Positions 1 through 21,167 of a stretch of 64,000 nucleotides of DNA are shown here, one piece after another (position 1 is the stretch's first letter; the number at the start of each line of letters is the position of its first letter). A model generated the notes under the pieces. The model made no database searches and had not been told where the DNA came from. It worked only from the letters and a program-made list of their open reading frames with translations. A program made the position numbers and the translations under genes. Source of the DNA: Amoebidium appalachense (lineage: Eukaryota; Protista; Ichthyosporea); assembly GCA_963693365.1 (NCBI GenBank), contig CAVNZM010000011.1, forward strand, positions 1,426,001 through 1,490,000. The letters are read 5' to 3'.

Positions 1-29
1 GATGGTGGTGGTGGGATGTGTGTGTGGGT

Positions 30-62
<33 letters not shown>

Positions 63-85
63 GGGGGGGGGGGGAGGGCGCTCAC

Positions 86-405
86 CTTTGCATGGACCAT
101 AACCCAGGTTTGTCCGGTTGCCGGCACACTCTCCGGGGGCACAGCTGGTGGCCTGGCCTGTCACGGGGTCACACAGACTGTCCACACTCGTGCAGTATGG
201 GGCAACCGCATTGCATTCTGGGGGATGGTTTAATGTTAAAGTTTTAAAAAACTAACTACAACAATTGCAAAAGTGTGAAACTGTGGCAGTTTCATTGGAC
301 CAGGATGGCATTCGGTAAGATACAACGTGTGCATATGGAATGAGGAACATGATGTGAAGTTCTAACATAATAACATAGGAAGGGAGTATGTGAGTGTGTG
401 TGTGT

Positions 406-446
<41 letters not shown>

Positions 447-1672
447 CGGGATGAGAGGAGGGGTAGATAGATAGATAAATAGAGAGAGGGGGGAGGAGGG
501 GGGAGGGGGGTGAGGGAGGGAGGGAGGGAGGGAGGGAGGGAAGGAGGGAGGGAGAGGGAATGAGAAAGGGAGAGAGGGAGTGGGAGGGAGAGAAAGTGAA
601 GGGGGGGGGGGGGGGGGGGGGGGGGTGCGCAGAGTAGGGCCTCAGTGAAGGGGTAAGGCGGGAACTGCGTCGTGGCGATGGTTGAAGGCGGTTGGGAGTG
701 GTGTGCATGTGCATGTGTGTGTGTGTGTGTGGGGGGGGGGGGGTTCTACGTTCGCAGTTTCTGCCGCCATCCCCAAAGTATCCGTCATCACACTGGCAGG
801 CTGTGGCACCGTTCCCCCCAACTATACAGTGGGCATTGGCCTGGCAGCTGATGCGCTTAGAAAGACACTCGTCCAACACTGCACCACACAGTGTGTCAGT
901 GGGTTGTTTGGTATATGTGTGCATGCATGAGTGTGGTGGTGTATCCTTTTCTTGTTGATGTTTGTGTAAACAATGCCATCGATAGTCTACCAATAGTGAT
1001 TGTTAGTAGTTGTTGGGGATATGGTTGTGGGTTCCGGGGGGGGGGGGGGGGGGGGGGGTTGAAACGGGGCGGGGCCGGGCGGGGGCAAGAGGGTAGGGTG
1101 GGGAAAGGGTGGACGGGGGCAAGGGGACGAGGGCAAGAGGGGGGGGGGGGGGGGAGGGGGGGGGGAGATAAGGCAGACAGTAACACAGATGTGTGTGCGG
1201 AAAGAAGCAAGTGCTGGCCAAAAACGTACCCGTGCAGTCCTTCCCGGTCCCATGGTAGCCGCTGTTACACGTGCAATTGAACCCCCCCTCGAAATTCGTG
1301 CAGCGCGCTTTTTGGTGGCAGCCGTGGGTGCCCGATCTACACTCATTGATATCTGAAAAAAGGGGGGGGGGGGGGGGGGGGGGGGGAGGGGGGGGTATAG
1401 CCGTTAGTTGCTGAATCGGTATTCTCTACCTAGTGTGTAGTCAGTGTTGGGGCGCCGCGAAGTGGGGGGGGGGAGGGGGGGAAGGGGGGGAGGGGGGGTA
1501 GGAGGGGGAGGGTTGTGTGTCTGTGGGGGGGAGGGTTATGTACTTAGTCAGTCCGGCTTTGTGGCTTCTGAGCAACAACTTCGAATGACATGCAAAGAAA
1601 CATAACAGTGGTTGGTTCTTTGCGAGATGCATCAAAACTATAGGGTTGGATGTGCATGTGTGTGTGTCCTCT

Positions 1673-1705
<33 letters not shown>

Positions 1706-4204
1706 TGGGGATAGCAGGTATAGAGGCGCATACCAACACAGGCTGAGTTTTGCAACTCGTATCCAGCCACACACTTACACCTGAATCCTTCTGGTGTGTT
1801 CTGGCATGTACCGTGTGTGCCACATGTGTGTGTGCCCGACTGGCATGGGTCACCTGCAGGGGTGGTTAGGTCACTTGGTTGTACTTTTCTCGATTGATGG
1901 TGTTAACTGCCTCCGCGCCCCCCCCCCCCCCCCCCCCCTAAACCCCAAATTAAAAAGTACACGAAAACCAAAGTCTTGCCCGTCTTCTTCTTCTTGGGCA
2001 AGGTGTTTTCATGGTGACATGGGTGCGTGCCAGTGTGAGCCCGAGTGTTTTGTGTGTGAGGACACAAATGTCTGTGTGTGCGTGGTGGGGTGGGAGAAGA
2101 TGTTTTTTTTTGGGTGGGGGGGGGGGGGGGGGGGGGGGGAGGTGGGGGGGAGGGGGGAGGGGGGAAGCTCACCGTTGGTAGTGATGCCTGTTGAAGTGTT
2201 GGAAGGGGTATTCGATGTTGCACCCGGTGTGAGGGTGGACGTGGGGGTGGTGTCTGTAATCAGACCCATGGAAGTTGTGGGTGGTGTGGGTGGCATAGAG
2301 CCAGGAGCCGATAGCGTATTGGTGACGGGTGGTGATGTTGCTTGCTGTTGGGTGGGGTTTGATGAAAAGGCGGAAGTGCCCGTGATGGTGGTGGTGGGCA
2401 GATTCATGTTGGGTGTAGTGATGGGCATATTTGTACTGGTGCCCGGCATATTTGTGGTAGCGGCCACATTAGTTGATGTTATTATGGTCCCTCCTGCTTG
2501 CGCCCCAGACGTTGAAGGGGTCGGGGTTGTGAGAGTAGAAGAGGTTTGAGGGGCTGTCGTGTTGGTGGCAGGTGGCCCAGAGAGGGTCGACGGAATAAAT
2601 GGTGTGGTTGTGGTGCTAGTCGTAGGGGTGGGGGGGGGGGGGGGTGTGTTATGGGGGTGGTGGGGGGAGGTTTAGTGGTGGGGGGAGATGTAGTGGTGAT
2701 AGGAGGGGGATTTGTACTGGTGGCTGTTGGCGGAGTTGTGGTGGGGGTGGGAGGGGGAGGTGTGGGAGTGGTTGGGGGATGTGTGGTGATGATGGCAGTA
2801 GTGGAAGGTGTGGTGGTGGTGGTAGGGGGATGGGGTGAAATAGTGGTAGTGGAGGGGGGTTTTGAATGCGTCAAAAAGTACGAAGTACACAAGAACAAAC
2901 GGATAACACGATGCAGAATGCAAGCCATACATAAAGAGTATGCATAATAAGCAGAGCCCATCCTCAGGGGGGGCCCACGTCATCCACAGTACCCGAGGTT
3001 CGACCTATTCCCCTCGTTAACGAAACCCAACTCAGATACTGTTTTTGGTAGTGGAGGGGGGTGGGTGGTGGTAGTGATAGTTGTAGTGGTGGCGGTGGCG
3101 GTGGTGGTGGTTGTTGTGACGGTGGTGGTAGGTGTGGTTGTAGTTGTAGTTACGACCTCCGAATATGTTGTAGGCAAACTTTTTGTTGTATTTGTAGTCG
3201 TGGTGGTGTTGGTAGGCAGATTTGTGCCTATAGTGGTGGTGGTGGTGCTGGTTTTTGGTGCTGCCGTAGTGGTGGTAGATGTAGTACTAGTTGTGGTGGT
3301 CGAGGTGGTGGTGGTGGTAGGGGTTGTAGTTGTGCTACTCAAAGAAGTTGTGGTGGGGGTGGTGGTGGTGGTGGTAGAGTCGGTTGTAGTTGTATCATCA
3401 GTGGTGCTATTGAAGTGGTGGTGGTGGTGGGCCTTGTTGTTGTTGTTGTGGTCACTGGAATGGCTGGATATGATTGGTTGAGGGTCAGACACATGTAAAG
3501 ACCAGTAGCTGGTTTCCATATAGAGTTTTGTCCGTATATATTCGTGTCCATATAGAGAGGTATTCATACATAGTGTCGACAAGCACCGAGCCGTATACCC
3601 TTTTCCTGTGGACCCCCCCGCCCCCCTCCCCCCCCTCCCCCCGTCACCCCCCAGTCCCCCATCTGCCCAGCCCCTTCCCCTTTCGTCTCTCCCTCTTACA
3701 CGGAGCCTCGTTCATCCTTGTTGTTTCCGCTTATTGCTCCAAGAAAACCTGGGCAGGAAGGAAAGAGGGGGGGGGGGAGGGGGGGGGAGGGGGGAGGGGG
3801 GGAGGGGGGGGGAGGGGGGGGGGAGGGGTCAACGATCCACCCACCAGTGCATGAGACCCCCTCAAACCCAGGGTTGCAAATGCACTTGTAGTCCCCTGGA
3901 GTGTTCTCACACACCGAATTGGCCGGGCATGGTGTGCTTAGAGCACACTCGTCTATATCTGAGATAGCATAAAAACCACCATATCAGCGTTGAAATTCAC
4001 ATCAAACCGATGAGGTAAGTTAAACACAAAAAGGTGGATAGAGATGAACAAAGGTAGAGACTTTAAGAAGTCTTAAGCTGCCAGGTTGTCAAAGGGTGCA
4101 CATACAGACCCTTGCGTGGGTGAAATACCCCAAACCAACCACACACACAGGCAAAGCCACAAGGCACAGGCTTGCCAGGACAGGCACGCATACATACCCA
4201 TCCG

Positions 4205-4248
<44 letters not shown>

Positions 4249-4444
4249 CCCCCCTCCCCTTCCTTGCCCCCCCATCTCCACAAACTATCCACAAGCACCT
4301 CAAATGGATAGGCGGCAAAACCCTCTAGGCACAACCAGGCAGGCACGCGGACAACCATAACTTAGATTATGGAGAGTGTGTGTGTGTGTGGGCACGTGCG
4401 GGGATACATGCACACACACACACACACAGACACACACACACAGA

Positions 4445-4491
<47 letters not shown>

Positions 4492-4600
4492 TCACATGCA
4501 AACCCCGTGTATCCATCTTTGCACGTGCACGTGTAGACGCCGGAAGAGTTTGTACATGTGGAGTTGCCTGGGCAGACGTTGCTTAGGCACTCGTCAATGT
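86..4600 (-). CDS. EGF-like/calcium-binding EGF repeat protein with central Thr/Pro-rich mucin-like domain (partial; continues past left edge, 5' end not resolved)
   Basis: Phase 1-1 GT-AG exons each encoding one EGF module: 4490-4600 (DIDECLSNVCPGNSTCTNSSGVYTCTCKDGYTGFACE), 3845-3958 (DIDECALSTPCPANSVCENTPGDYKCICNPGFEGVSCT), 1734-1853 (DPCQSGTHTCGTHGTCQNTPEGFRCKCVAGYELQNSACV), 1230-1352 (DINECRSGTHGCHQKARCTNFEGGFNCTCNSGYHGTGKDCT), 750-878 (LDECLSKRISCQANAHCIVGGNGATACQCDDGYFGDGGRNCE), plus a Cys-rich exon 86-217. Probable linker exon 3700-3748. Large Thr/Pro-rich exon ~1980-3463, interrupted by a retroelement at 2861-3045 and by homopolymer frameshifts. Confidence 0.88.
2861..3045 (-). mobile_element. 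5'-truncated non-LTR retroelement/SINE-like copy A with 17-bp TSD
   Basis: Near-identical to the 3' end of the copy at ~39081-39599. Flanked by the perfect direct repeat tggtagtggaggggggt at 2844-2860 and 3046-3062. Confidence 0.9.
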
Positions 4601-4782
4601 CTGCTCGTGGCCCGTCAACAAATTCCAACCCCATGAACCGCTTGCATCTTTGTTATTATTTTTTCTTTTCTTTGCTTTTTTGGCCTTTAAGAGTGCGCAG
4701 TCGCTTGCTATAGTTTTTTTCATGGCAACCAACGACCAATAGCTATAATTGACCAATGAGATCAAAGTAATATAAAGGGTAT

Positions 4783-5175
<393 letters not shown>

Positions 5176-5534
5176 ACCCAGCGCGTCAAATATTGGTGTG
5201 TGTAATAACGGTGTGCCTATGTTATGAAGTAATAGTGGAAGGTGTGGCGCTGTGCACAAGCGCGTGGTTTTGGTTGTGTTCCTACCAATGCTATTTTGTG
5301 CTCCCTTCTGATGGTGTGGGTGCTTTTTGTGTGCATGCTGTTGTCAATGCACTTTAGTATTAACGGTTTACTCGTAGGCTATATATATTCATATAGGTGA
5401 AAGATTGAGGAAAAAAGGGAGGTATTCATAAACAAGTATTTTCAAATAATTGATGGTGGATAATATGGCGAGTTGAGCGATTTCCTCCCCACCCTCCCAA
5501 CGTTTTCTTCTTCTTCTTTTTTTTTATTATAAAT

Positions 5535-5817
5535 AGTTTACGGAATAACTTACAGGCTTTACTTATATATGCTTTTTCCATTCTTCGGAGGCTGTTTTTG
5601 TACCACCAGTTGTTGGGTGAGGGCCCAACCACATCGACAGAGGCAACTTGCAAAAAGCAGAATTATTCTGCAGAAGTGGAATTACTCTGCGTTTGGCAAA
5701 ATTATTCTGCAAAGAGCAGAATTTTTCTGCAAAAAGCAGAATCATTCTGCAAAAGCAGAATCATTTCTGCTTTTAGCAGAATTATCCTGCTTTTGTAAGA
5801 ATTATTCCGCAAAAACT
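5535..5817. repeat. Array of ~8 palindromic GCAGAAT(N)ATTCTGC units with ~20-bp period, plus an isolated inverted partner
   Basis: Units start near 5657, 5676, 5696, 5716, 5736, 5755, 5776 and 5796. 5535-5554 (agtttacggaataacttaca) is an imperfect inverted copy of 5794-5817. Confidence 0.8.
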
Positions 5818-7179
5818 TTTTGTTCTCTTATTGGGGGGGGTGGGGGGGGGGAGGCATACGACTGAGTCGGGCGACCCAGCTAAAGTTGACTGTAGCCGCC
5901 GGCCATCGATAGCCGGATCCCCCAAAACCCGTAATCCAAATTTCTCCCGGGCCGAGCCAGGAGCCTTGGACCGTCAGATCTGCAATCTTTCACGGGCCAG
6001 GAAGTAAGGCACGGTATAAGTGGCGATAAAGTTGGCTAAATGTTACATGCCTATTTTCTAAATAATATCGTCACTGGTGACATTCAGAGCATAATAATTT
6101 ATTAAAGACAATTTTTGTCTCACTTTCTGGGCTGAATTATACAAAAGACACAAAGGCATTATGTACGTAAACATGATCCCGGTGATGTGCAATGGCATAT
6201 CGATCCGGGTCACGGGGGCCTGTGAATAGATATCCTTAAATTTCTTATTTGATCGGCGGGATATTATTTACTCGGTAATGGTATACCGTTGAAGCTGGGT
6301 CCTCAACCCCGGGGAAAACGATGTAAAACGAGACCGGTACTATCTTGCCTCATGTTTCTACCACAACTACGATACGGTATATTCCCCCTGCCTCCCTTGC
6401 ACCATTTGCTCGGCATGTACACCGCATCAAATAAGGATATCCCTGGAATACTGCTCACGAAATCTCGGGGGCCCAGCTGATGACGTAATTACTTAACCGT
6501 CGCGGCTCACAGGGGAGCCACTCATTCCCATTCACAAATTTTAGTTTGTACTGGACAGTAGGAGTGAAAGTCTTGAAAGGGTTTTGGTGTGTTCTGAGCG
6601 TAGTTCTATCATTAGTACATGCGTCTTCCATATCTTTAGCTCTCAGCGAGCATGGGGTTTTATGCATGTGGCAAAGGACATACAGCATATATGCTGGAAC
6701 GTGATAGCTATTGTGAGGCTGTCCAGCACGCAGTTGCTCTGCCACAGGCTATGTAGACTAAGTAGTAGTCCGGGTTCGAGTTCGAGGCTTAGTGATATTC
6801 ATGAACTCAGTTAGTAAGGGGTACTTTACGGACACGTACGCTAGATTAGATTCTATGCCACTGTTTTATACTAAGTCCTCTTACTCCTTTTTCTTCTTTC
6901 TTCTTTGGCCACGTCCGAGTTGTGCGAGGAACACTAATATTAGAGTGCACTGATTACCCACGTTAATAGCCTTATTTCGTTGGTACTCGTATGCAGTCAC
7001 GGTGACTGTGACCGTGGCTTTTACGGTCGTGTATTTTTTCAGCATATCCTACCTATACTATACTTTCAACTCCCTACGCCGTGTATGTAAAAAAAACTTT
7101 CGATGAAAACAGCTGCATTATTTTCGGAATTGTGGTTGTCTTGACTGAAGGGAATTCGCTGTGAATTGTTTTCGAAAAC

Positions 7180-15386
<8,207 letters not shown>

Positions 15387-17134
15387 TGAGTGGTTGGGAG
15401 TTGCTAATATTAGTATCCGTGTTGTTTGTGTGTGTGTGGGTGTGTGTGGATGTGTTTGAGTTGTGGGGTGGGATGGGTGGGTGGGTGGGGTGGGGGGAGA
15501 GGGGGGGGGGGGGGGGGTGTTCACCTCGTACGTGTTGTTTGGGGAATGTGGTTTTGTTCTCTTTCTTTTTTTCGATGTTCGATTAAGCTGTGTGTGTGTG
15601 TGTGTGTGTGTGTGTGGTTCGTCAGTGTATGCCTGTCTCTGTCTGTCTGTCCGTTTGATTGCGTCTTTGTCTGTGTCTGAACCTACGTGTAGGTGTGTGT
15701 ATGTGTTTCTTTTGGTAGTTTTTTTTTTTTTTTTTTTTTTTTTGGTTGTTGTTGTTGTTGGGGGGGGGGGGGGGGGGGGGGAAGGGGGGGGGGGGGGGGG
15801 TTGGAATGTGTCGAAGTCGTTGAGGCTTAGTGGTTATACACAAGGTGTTTGTAGTCTGCTTAGATATTATAATTGCATGGTTTTATACTATGAAATAGTA
15901 GGTATTGAGCCTATGACGTAGCATGCCAAATTTGGGCCTCTACTGTCCTCAAACCCAAGAAAATGTTTTATAGGTTTGCCTAAGGATGGCACGGTTTGAT
16001 GTGGTTGCATGTGCTTACTGCCTGCGAACTTGCGTTTTTATGCTGATCTTATTAGCCAAGCAGGCTATTGTTTTTATTATTGTGATATATTCCTTAAGTA
16101 TTATAGATATTGGATTTTTTAGTCATCATAATGAATTAGAGTTAGTAAGATCGAGTTTTTTTTAGGCCGAATACTGGAGGGACATCGAGCTCCTATGTGA
16201 ACATGTACATACATTATGATATTCGTGTGTGTGTAGTGGACGAGATAATCACCCAGCGTTACAAACAGTTGTTTTTATGAGATAGCATCAGCCACTCCAC
16301 GCTGTTCATGTTTAAACTTCGTTGAAATGAAACTTTAAGGATGCTGCCTAACTTAGTCGATTGTTGTCAGGTTCCCCATGCTGTATAGTAAAGACTTATT
16401 ATACCATATTTATTACTGATCGATGCTGTGCCCCCGAGGTATCACCGGTACCGTCCCCCCCCCCCCCCCCCCCCCCCCCCTACCCACCCACCCACCCCAC
16501 CCCACCCCTACCCCCGGCCGGGGACTTCTTGATTGTTAACCTCCCGAGCCCTGAGCAGTTACCTGACCCTCCCACGGCTGCAGGAGAGTGGCACAGTGTG
16601 TTCCATTTCAATTATTGCCTGAGAAGTCAAGATCCACACAACCTTGCCCTTTGCTCGACCCCTCGGGAGGGTGGATACTACATGTGTGTGTGGTGGGGCG
16701 TGGTGGTGATGGTGGCAGTGGTAGTGGCAGCTGTGTTGGTGTGTGTGTGTGGGATGTGGGGGGGGGGGGGGGGGGGGGGGGGAGGGGGGGGGGGGGGAGG
16801 GGAGACTTTTGTGACCCTTAACTCCATACTGTGGACAAGGGGCCAGTGAGTAGGTATATTTGGGTGGTAATGGTGCATGGAAGGGTGGCTGGGCCAGGTG
16901 GAATGAGGGGGTCAGCTGCAGCTTGAGGACTACATGCCATTGGGTTGGGGGTGTGGGTCGGGGTGGGGACGAGGGTGTACGTATACGTCGGGGGTGACCT
17001 AGGGGGGGTGGGGGATGCCCGGGTGATCCGGTGGATTTTTTTTTTCTTTTTTTTTTTTCCCCCCCATTTCAAAGTTTTGTTTTGGGTGCTGGGTGGGGGG
17101 GAGAGGGGAGAGGGGCCCAGAACATCCATTGGGG

Positions 17135-17173
<39 letters not shown>

Positions 17174-17805
17174 GGTAATGATGTCGTGTCCGCGTGTGTG
17201 TAATTGTGTGTTTGACACTGTGTGTGTGTGCGCGCGTGCGTGTCTGTGTGTACGTGTCTGCGTGTGCGTGTGTGCTCGTGTGTACGCGCACACGTGTGTG
17301 TATGTGTGTGGGTGTGTCACGGGGTGGGTGGGTGGGTGGCCATGGGTGGGTGGGTGGGAGGGGGAGGGGGAGGGGGGGGGGGGGGGGGGAGAAGGGGATG
17401 CTTCAATATAAGGCTATTAACGGCGGTTAGGCTGTAATTGTAGCTGATGATCGAAAATCACGGAATCATTACGTGACTCATGGCCGCTTTCCCTTTGTTG
17501 GGGGGAGGAGGGGGAGGGGGAGGGAGGGGCTTTGCAGCCATATACTACATTATAGAAAATAAGGTCGCCACTTCAAGTACTTTACTTGGTATCTCGGACT
17601 GATCCTTCACACAGTATGTATACATAAAGTTTTCAGATTTATAATAAATACAGGCCAAACGATTTTCGACAATTTATCATGACATGCTATATGTCAAATG
17701 ATGATTAAAATAAATACAGTAAAAAGCACATGCATTCGCTTTTGATGAATTCTACTTAGACATCAAACGATGTTACGCATCCACCCCTACGTCATGATAC
17801 CCCCT

Positions 17806-17865
<60 letters not shown>

Positions 17866-17985
17866 AAGGAGGACAGAGTTCATTCATGATCCACACAGTG
17901 TAACATTACATACGAAACAAAAGTTAAGAGGCCCAAGGGGCAGAAAAAGAACCCAACGAGAAGCAAAGAAAAAGGGAAGCGGGTT

Positions 17986-19959
17986 TTAGGCATTCAAATT
18001 AGGTGCACCTTGCCTATTCAACAGCGAATTCAACCACAAGTCCATCGTTGTTCTCCCTAGCCTCAAAGCAGCCCCCACCTCGTTATATTCGGAATTTCCA
18101 AAATGGGTTCCATCGTCTGTTCCCTCCGGCCTAGCTTCGGACCAATGGAACATGTCGATTAGTTTTAATTTATTTTGTGCGGCCCAGTCAGCAAGCACAG
18201 AATTAAACCGCCGAATACGAGGGAATGTGCGCACAGAAAGCTGGGGTAAAGGTGATGCGGGAACAGACACGAAAAATCCCCTCCCTTCCTCAATAGCGCG
18301 CTTGCACCCAGGTAAAAATACTTGTTCGAAAACCCGGTTTGTTAAGAAGTCGGTTAGTTGTTCCGGGGTGTACCCCCAACGAAGAGACCACAACCCGTGT
18401 CCGAAAATCACCACATCTGCATTGTAGCAATTTTTTTCAAAATCCACAGGGGGGGGTCTTGTTGCCTCCGGCCACCACCTGAATGAAATTTCAGGTGCAC
18501 CAGGTGCAACGTCCTCTCGAAGGGTGTCGTGGAAAGCGTGGGTTTTTGACGCATATTTCCAGTTGAAAGGCTCGTGGTTCCATGTGAAAAAGGTCGACAC
18601 CTCGAGATACAGCTCACGGATTATCGAGTCGCCAATCATGACGATCTTCTTGATGTTCTTTAAGCGCATCAAAGAAATGGCAGGTTGCTGCGGCAGAGGT
18701 CGGGCAAGACCGACGTGCTGACACATGGCCCCGGGTGCGGGAACCCAAATATGGCTATCCGTCCAGAATCTATCCACCGTGCTCGAAAATTGTGCAGCCA
18801 GAGGGGATCCTTTCTTGACCCACACACCACGGCTCATACCTGTATAGTTGCATTTTGGAAGAGGGGGGCTCATGGCATGGTCTGTAGTATCCTGGTTTTG
18901 CGGTCTTGGGTGTACGAAAATATCAAAAGTGATGAGGGTTGCTTCGTCCCGCCGACGGTAGAACTTCCCAGCTGAGTAAGCGGGCTCTACAGGGTCGGTT
19001 TGGTTTGTTGCATTGTTGTGCCAATCAGGGACGTTCTTCAAAAGTAAACGCACAACTATTGTGTGTTGCCCAGGTTCAGCCGGCGTAAAATTTGCGGTGT
19101 ATGTACGGTTAAGGCGTACGGTGTGTGCCATGTGCTTGCCTTCGCCCATTGGTCGAATCATACTAAGTTGTGGTGTGAACAGAGGGTCTTGCCACTCCTT
19201 CGCATTCATCCGCTTGGTGATAAATTTCGTCACATTTCCGGTTACCACCTCGGCTACCTGTCGTGTGTTTTCCGACACCACCTTAATGTACAGCGTGTCT
19301 GCGGTTCCTTCTTCCTGGTCAGTGTTGGTGAGGTCGAAGGAAAATGGTGTCCCTACTGTTGGAGCCCTCGTTCCGAGTAGGGTCGGATCACCTGACCCAT
19401 CAAGCATAAGGACTCGTTTCTGGATGCGATACCGATATGCAAGTTCGATTTCACCAGAGACCTCACTGTGCAAATCATCAGTGACACCAATAATCCTGTT
19501 GTTGTTGCTTTGAAGCTTCGGCGTAGTGGGCTGCTGGGTTGGGGTTGGTAGTTGTGAAGTGTGCTCTTGTACACGTGTGGCAACCCCGGTGGTACTTAGC
19601 ACATTTGGTGTGTTTGTTTCTAGCACAGCATGGTCAGTCTGGGTTTGTGTTATTGTGACAGAGTATGTTTGGGTAACATTCACCACAACGGTCTCCCTCA
19701 CCGTGTGTGGCGTTGCTGTTTGTGTTGCTTCTGTGGTTTCATACACCACGTTAGGTAGCGTGGAAGAAACAAGACTCGCTCCCGTTCCAAAGTGATCGTT
19801 GTGCAGGTGTGCAAAATACAGCACCACACAGAGAAAAGACGTGGTAATGAGGAGTGGCACAGAGCTGCGTGAACTGAAGCAACCCACCCGCCGGTGTTTT
19901 GGCTTCCGCGTGTCCGGTGCATGTGTGTGGTCAGCCCCTTGCTCCCAGTAGTACCACAT
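17986..19959 (-). CDS. Intronless NXPE/PC-esterase-like SGNH-fold type II membrane protein (putative glycan O-acyltransferase/esterase), ~657 aa
   Basis: Single long ORF, first ATG at 19959 (MWYYWEQ). N-terminal TM (VPLLITTSFLCVVLYFAHL), Thr-rich stem, Ig/filamin-like segment (TYTANFTPAEPGQHTIVVRLL), GxW and WxP..C motifs, GDS (VMIGDSIIRE), GLW and DxxH (DGTH). Confidence 0.88.
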   Translation of the reverse strand: MWYYWEQGADHTHAPDTRKPKHRRVGCFSSRSSVPLLITTSFLCVVLYFAHLHNDHFGTGASLVSSTLPNVVYETTEATQTATPHTVRETVVVNVTQTYSVTITQTQTDHAVLETNTPNVLSTTGVATRVQEHTSQLPTPTQQPTTPKLQSNNNRIIGVTDDLHSEVSGEIELAYRYRIQKRVLMLDGSGDPTLLGTRAPTVGTPFSFDLTNTDQEEGTADTLYIKVVSENTRQVAEVVTGNVTKFITKRMNAKEWQDPLFTPQLSMIRPMGEGKHMAHTVRLNRTYTANFTPAEPGQHTIVVRLLLKNVPDWHNNATNQTDPVEPAYSAGKFYRRRDEATLITFDIFVHPRPQNQDTTDHAMSPPLPKCNYTGMSRGVWVKKGSPLAAQFSSTVDRFWTDSHIWVPAPGAMCQHVGLARPLPQQPAISLMRLKNIKKIVMIGDSIIRELYLEVSTFFTWNHEPFNWKYASKTHAFHDTLREDVAPGAPEISFRWWPEATRPPPVDFEKNCYNADVVIFGHGLWSLRWGYTPEQLTDFLTNRVFEQVFLPGCKRAIEEGRGFFVSVPASPLPQLSVRTFPRIRRFNSVLADWAAQNKLKLIDMFHWSEARPEGTDDGTHFGNSEYNEVGAALRLGRTTMDLWLNSLLNRQGAPNLNA

Positions 19960-20122
19960 CTTAGCAAAGGCGTATATAATCAAGTGCTGTATTCCTAACA
20001 CGAACGAATGTTTTGTGTTTTTGCTTTATGTAGCCTCTGCAGCTAGCCATATATGACCGGTGGTACAAGCTCCCCAATCGAAGGGAAGTTACGGAAAGCA
20101 AAGACTTGCAATGAAAGAAGTC

Positions 20123-20405
20123 GTTCACTATGTATCACACTAGAGTAAAACTGATTGTTGTGCGGGTGCAGCAAACGGTTATAAAGAGGGACTCACATGG
20201 AAGTCACATGTTCCGAGGCACGGCCCTTTGTGTTCAGAGGGCCGTGTTCCGAAGCCCAGGGCCGAGGCCTCATGATCAGACCTGCTCAGCTCACACTAAA
20301 ACTAGCTTTCAGATATGCTGCTTTCCTATTGGTGAACTTATTTCCGAGGTATGCCCGGTCCGACTTGAGTTCATGATCATGAGGGCTCAAGCCACGATGT
20401 GAGCA
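20123..20405 (+). mobile_element. Possible solo-LTR-like element
   Basis: Flanked by AAGTC direct repeats (20118-20122 and 20406-20410) with imperfect inverted ends gttcac...gtgagca. Contains TATAAAG (20180), the hairpin cassette (20210-20255) and gagggctcaagcca, collinear with 42674-43231(-). The 5' end is not a canonical TG. Confidence 0.4.
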
Positions 20406-20764
20406 AAGTCAGCTAACGCTATCCTGGATCTAATGAACGGTCTACTATGAAATTCGCACATAATGCACCTGCAAGCCAAGGCTAGTAACAGTGTATTTTT
20501 AACTTCATATAGTATGGACTTGGTGTTACTGTGGTGGCTTCTTGTCGCCGTCACTCTACAGTGTCCTCGCCATTGATCTAGGTAGACGCGTCTTGGGTGA
20601 TTTATTTAGCCAATTAGAATCGTCCATGTACATTCCGCATGATTCATTTGATGGTGGCCCCCCCCACCGAACGAAACACTCATTCACCCTTTCACCACAT
20701 GCCGCACTCATCACCTACGCACAAAATCATTACACAGTAAAGCAATTTTAAAGATTTCACACTG

Positions 20765-21167
<403 letters not shown>

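Noticed and set aside
6765-6790. tRNA or Pol III B-box (ggttcgagttc)
   Set aside because: No A-box at suitable spacing and no cloverleaf; no tRNA or rRNA genes were supported anywhere in the window.
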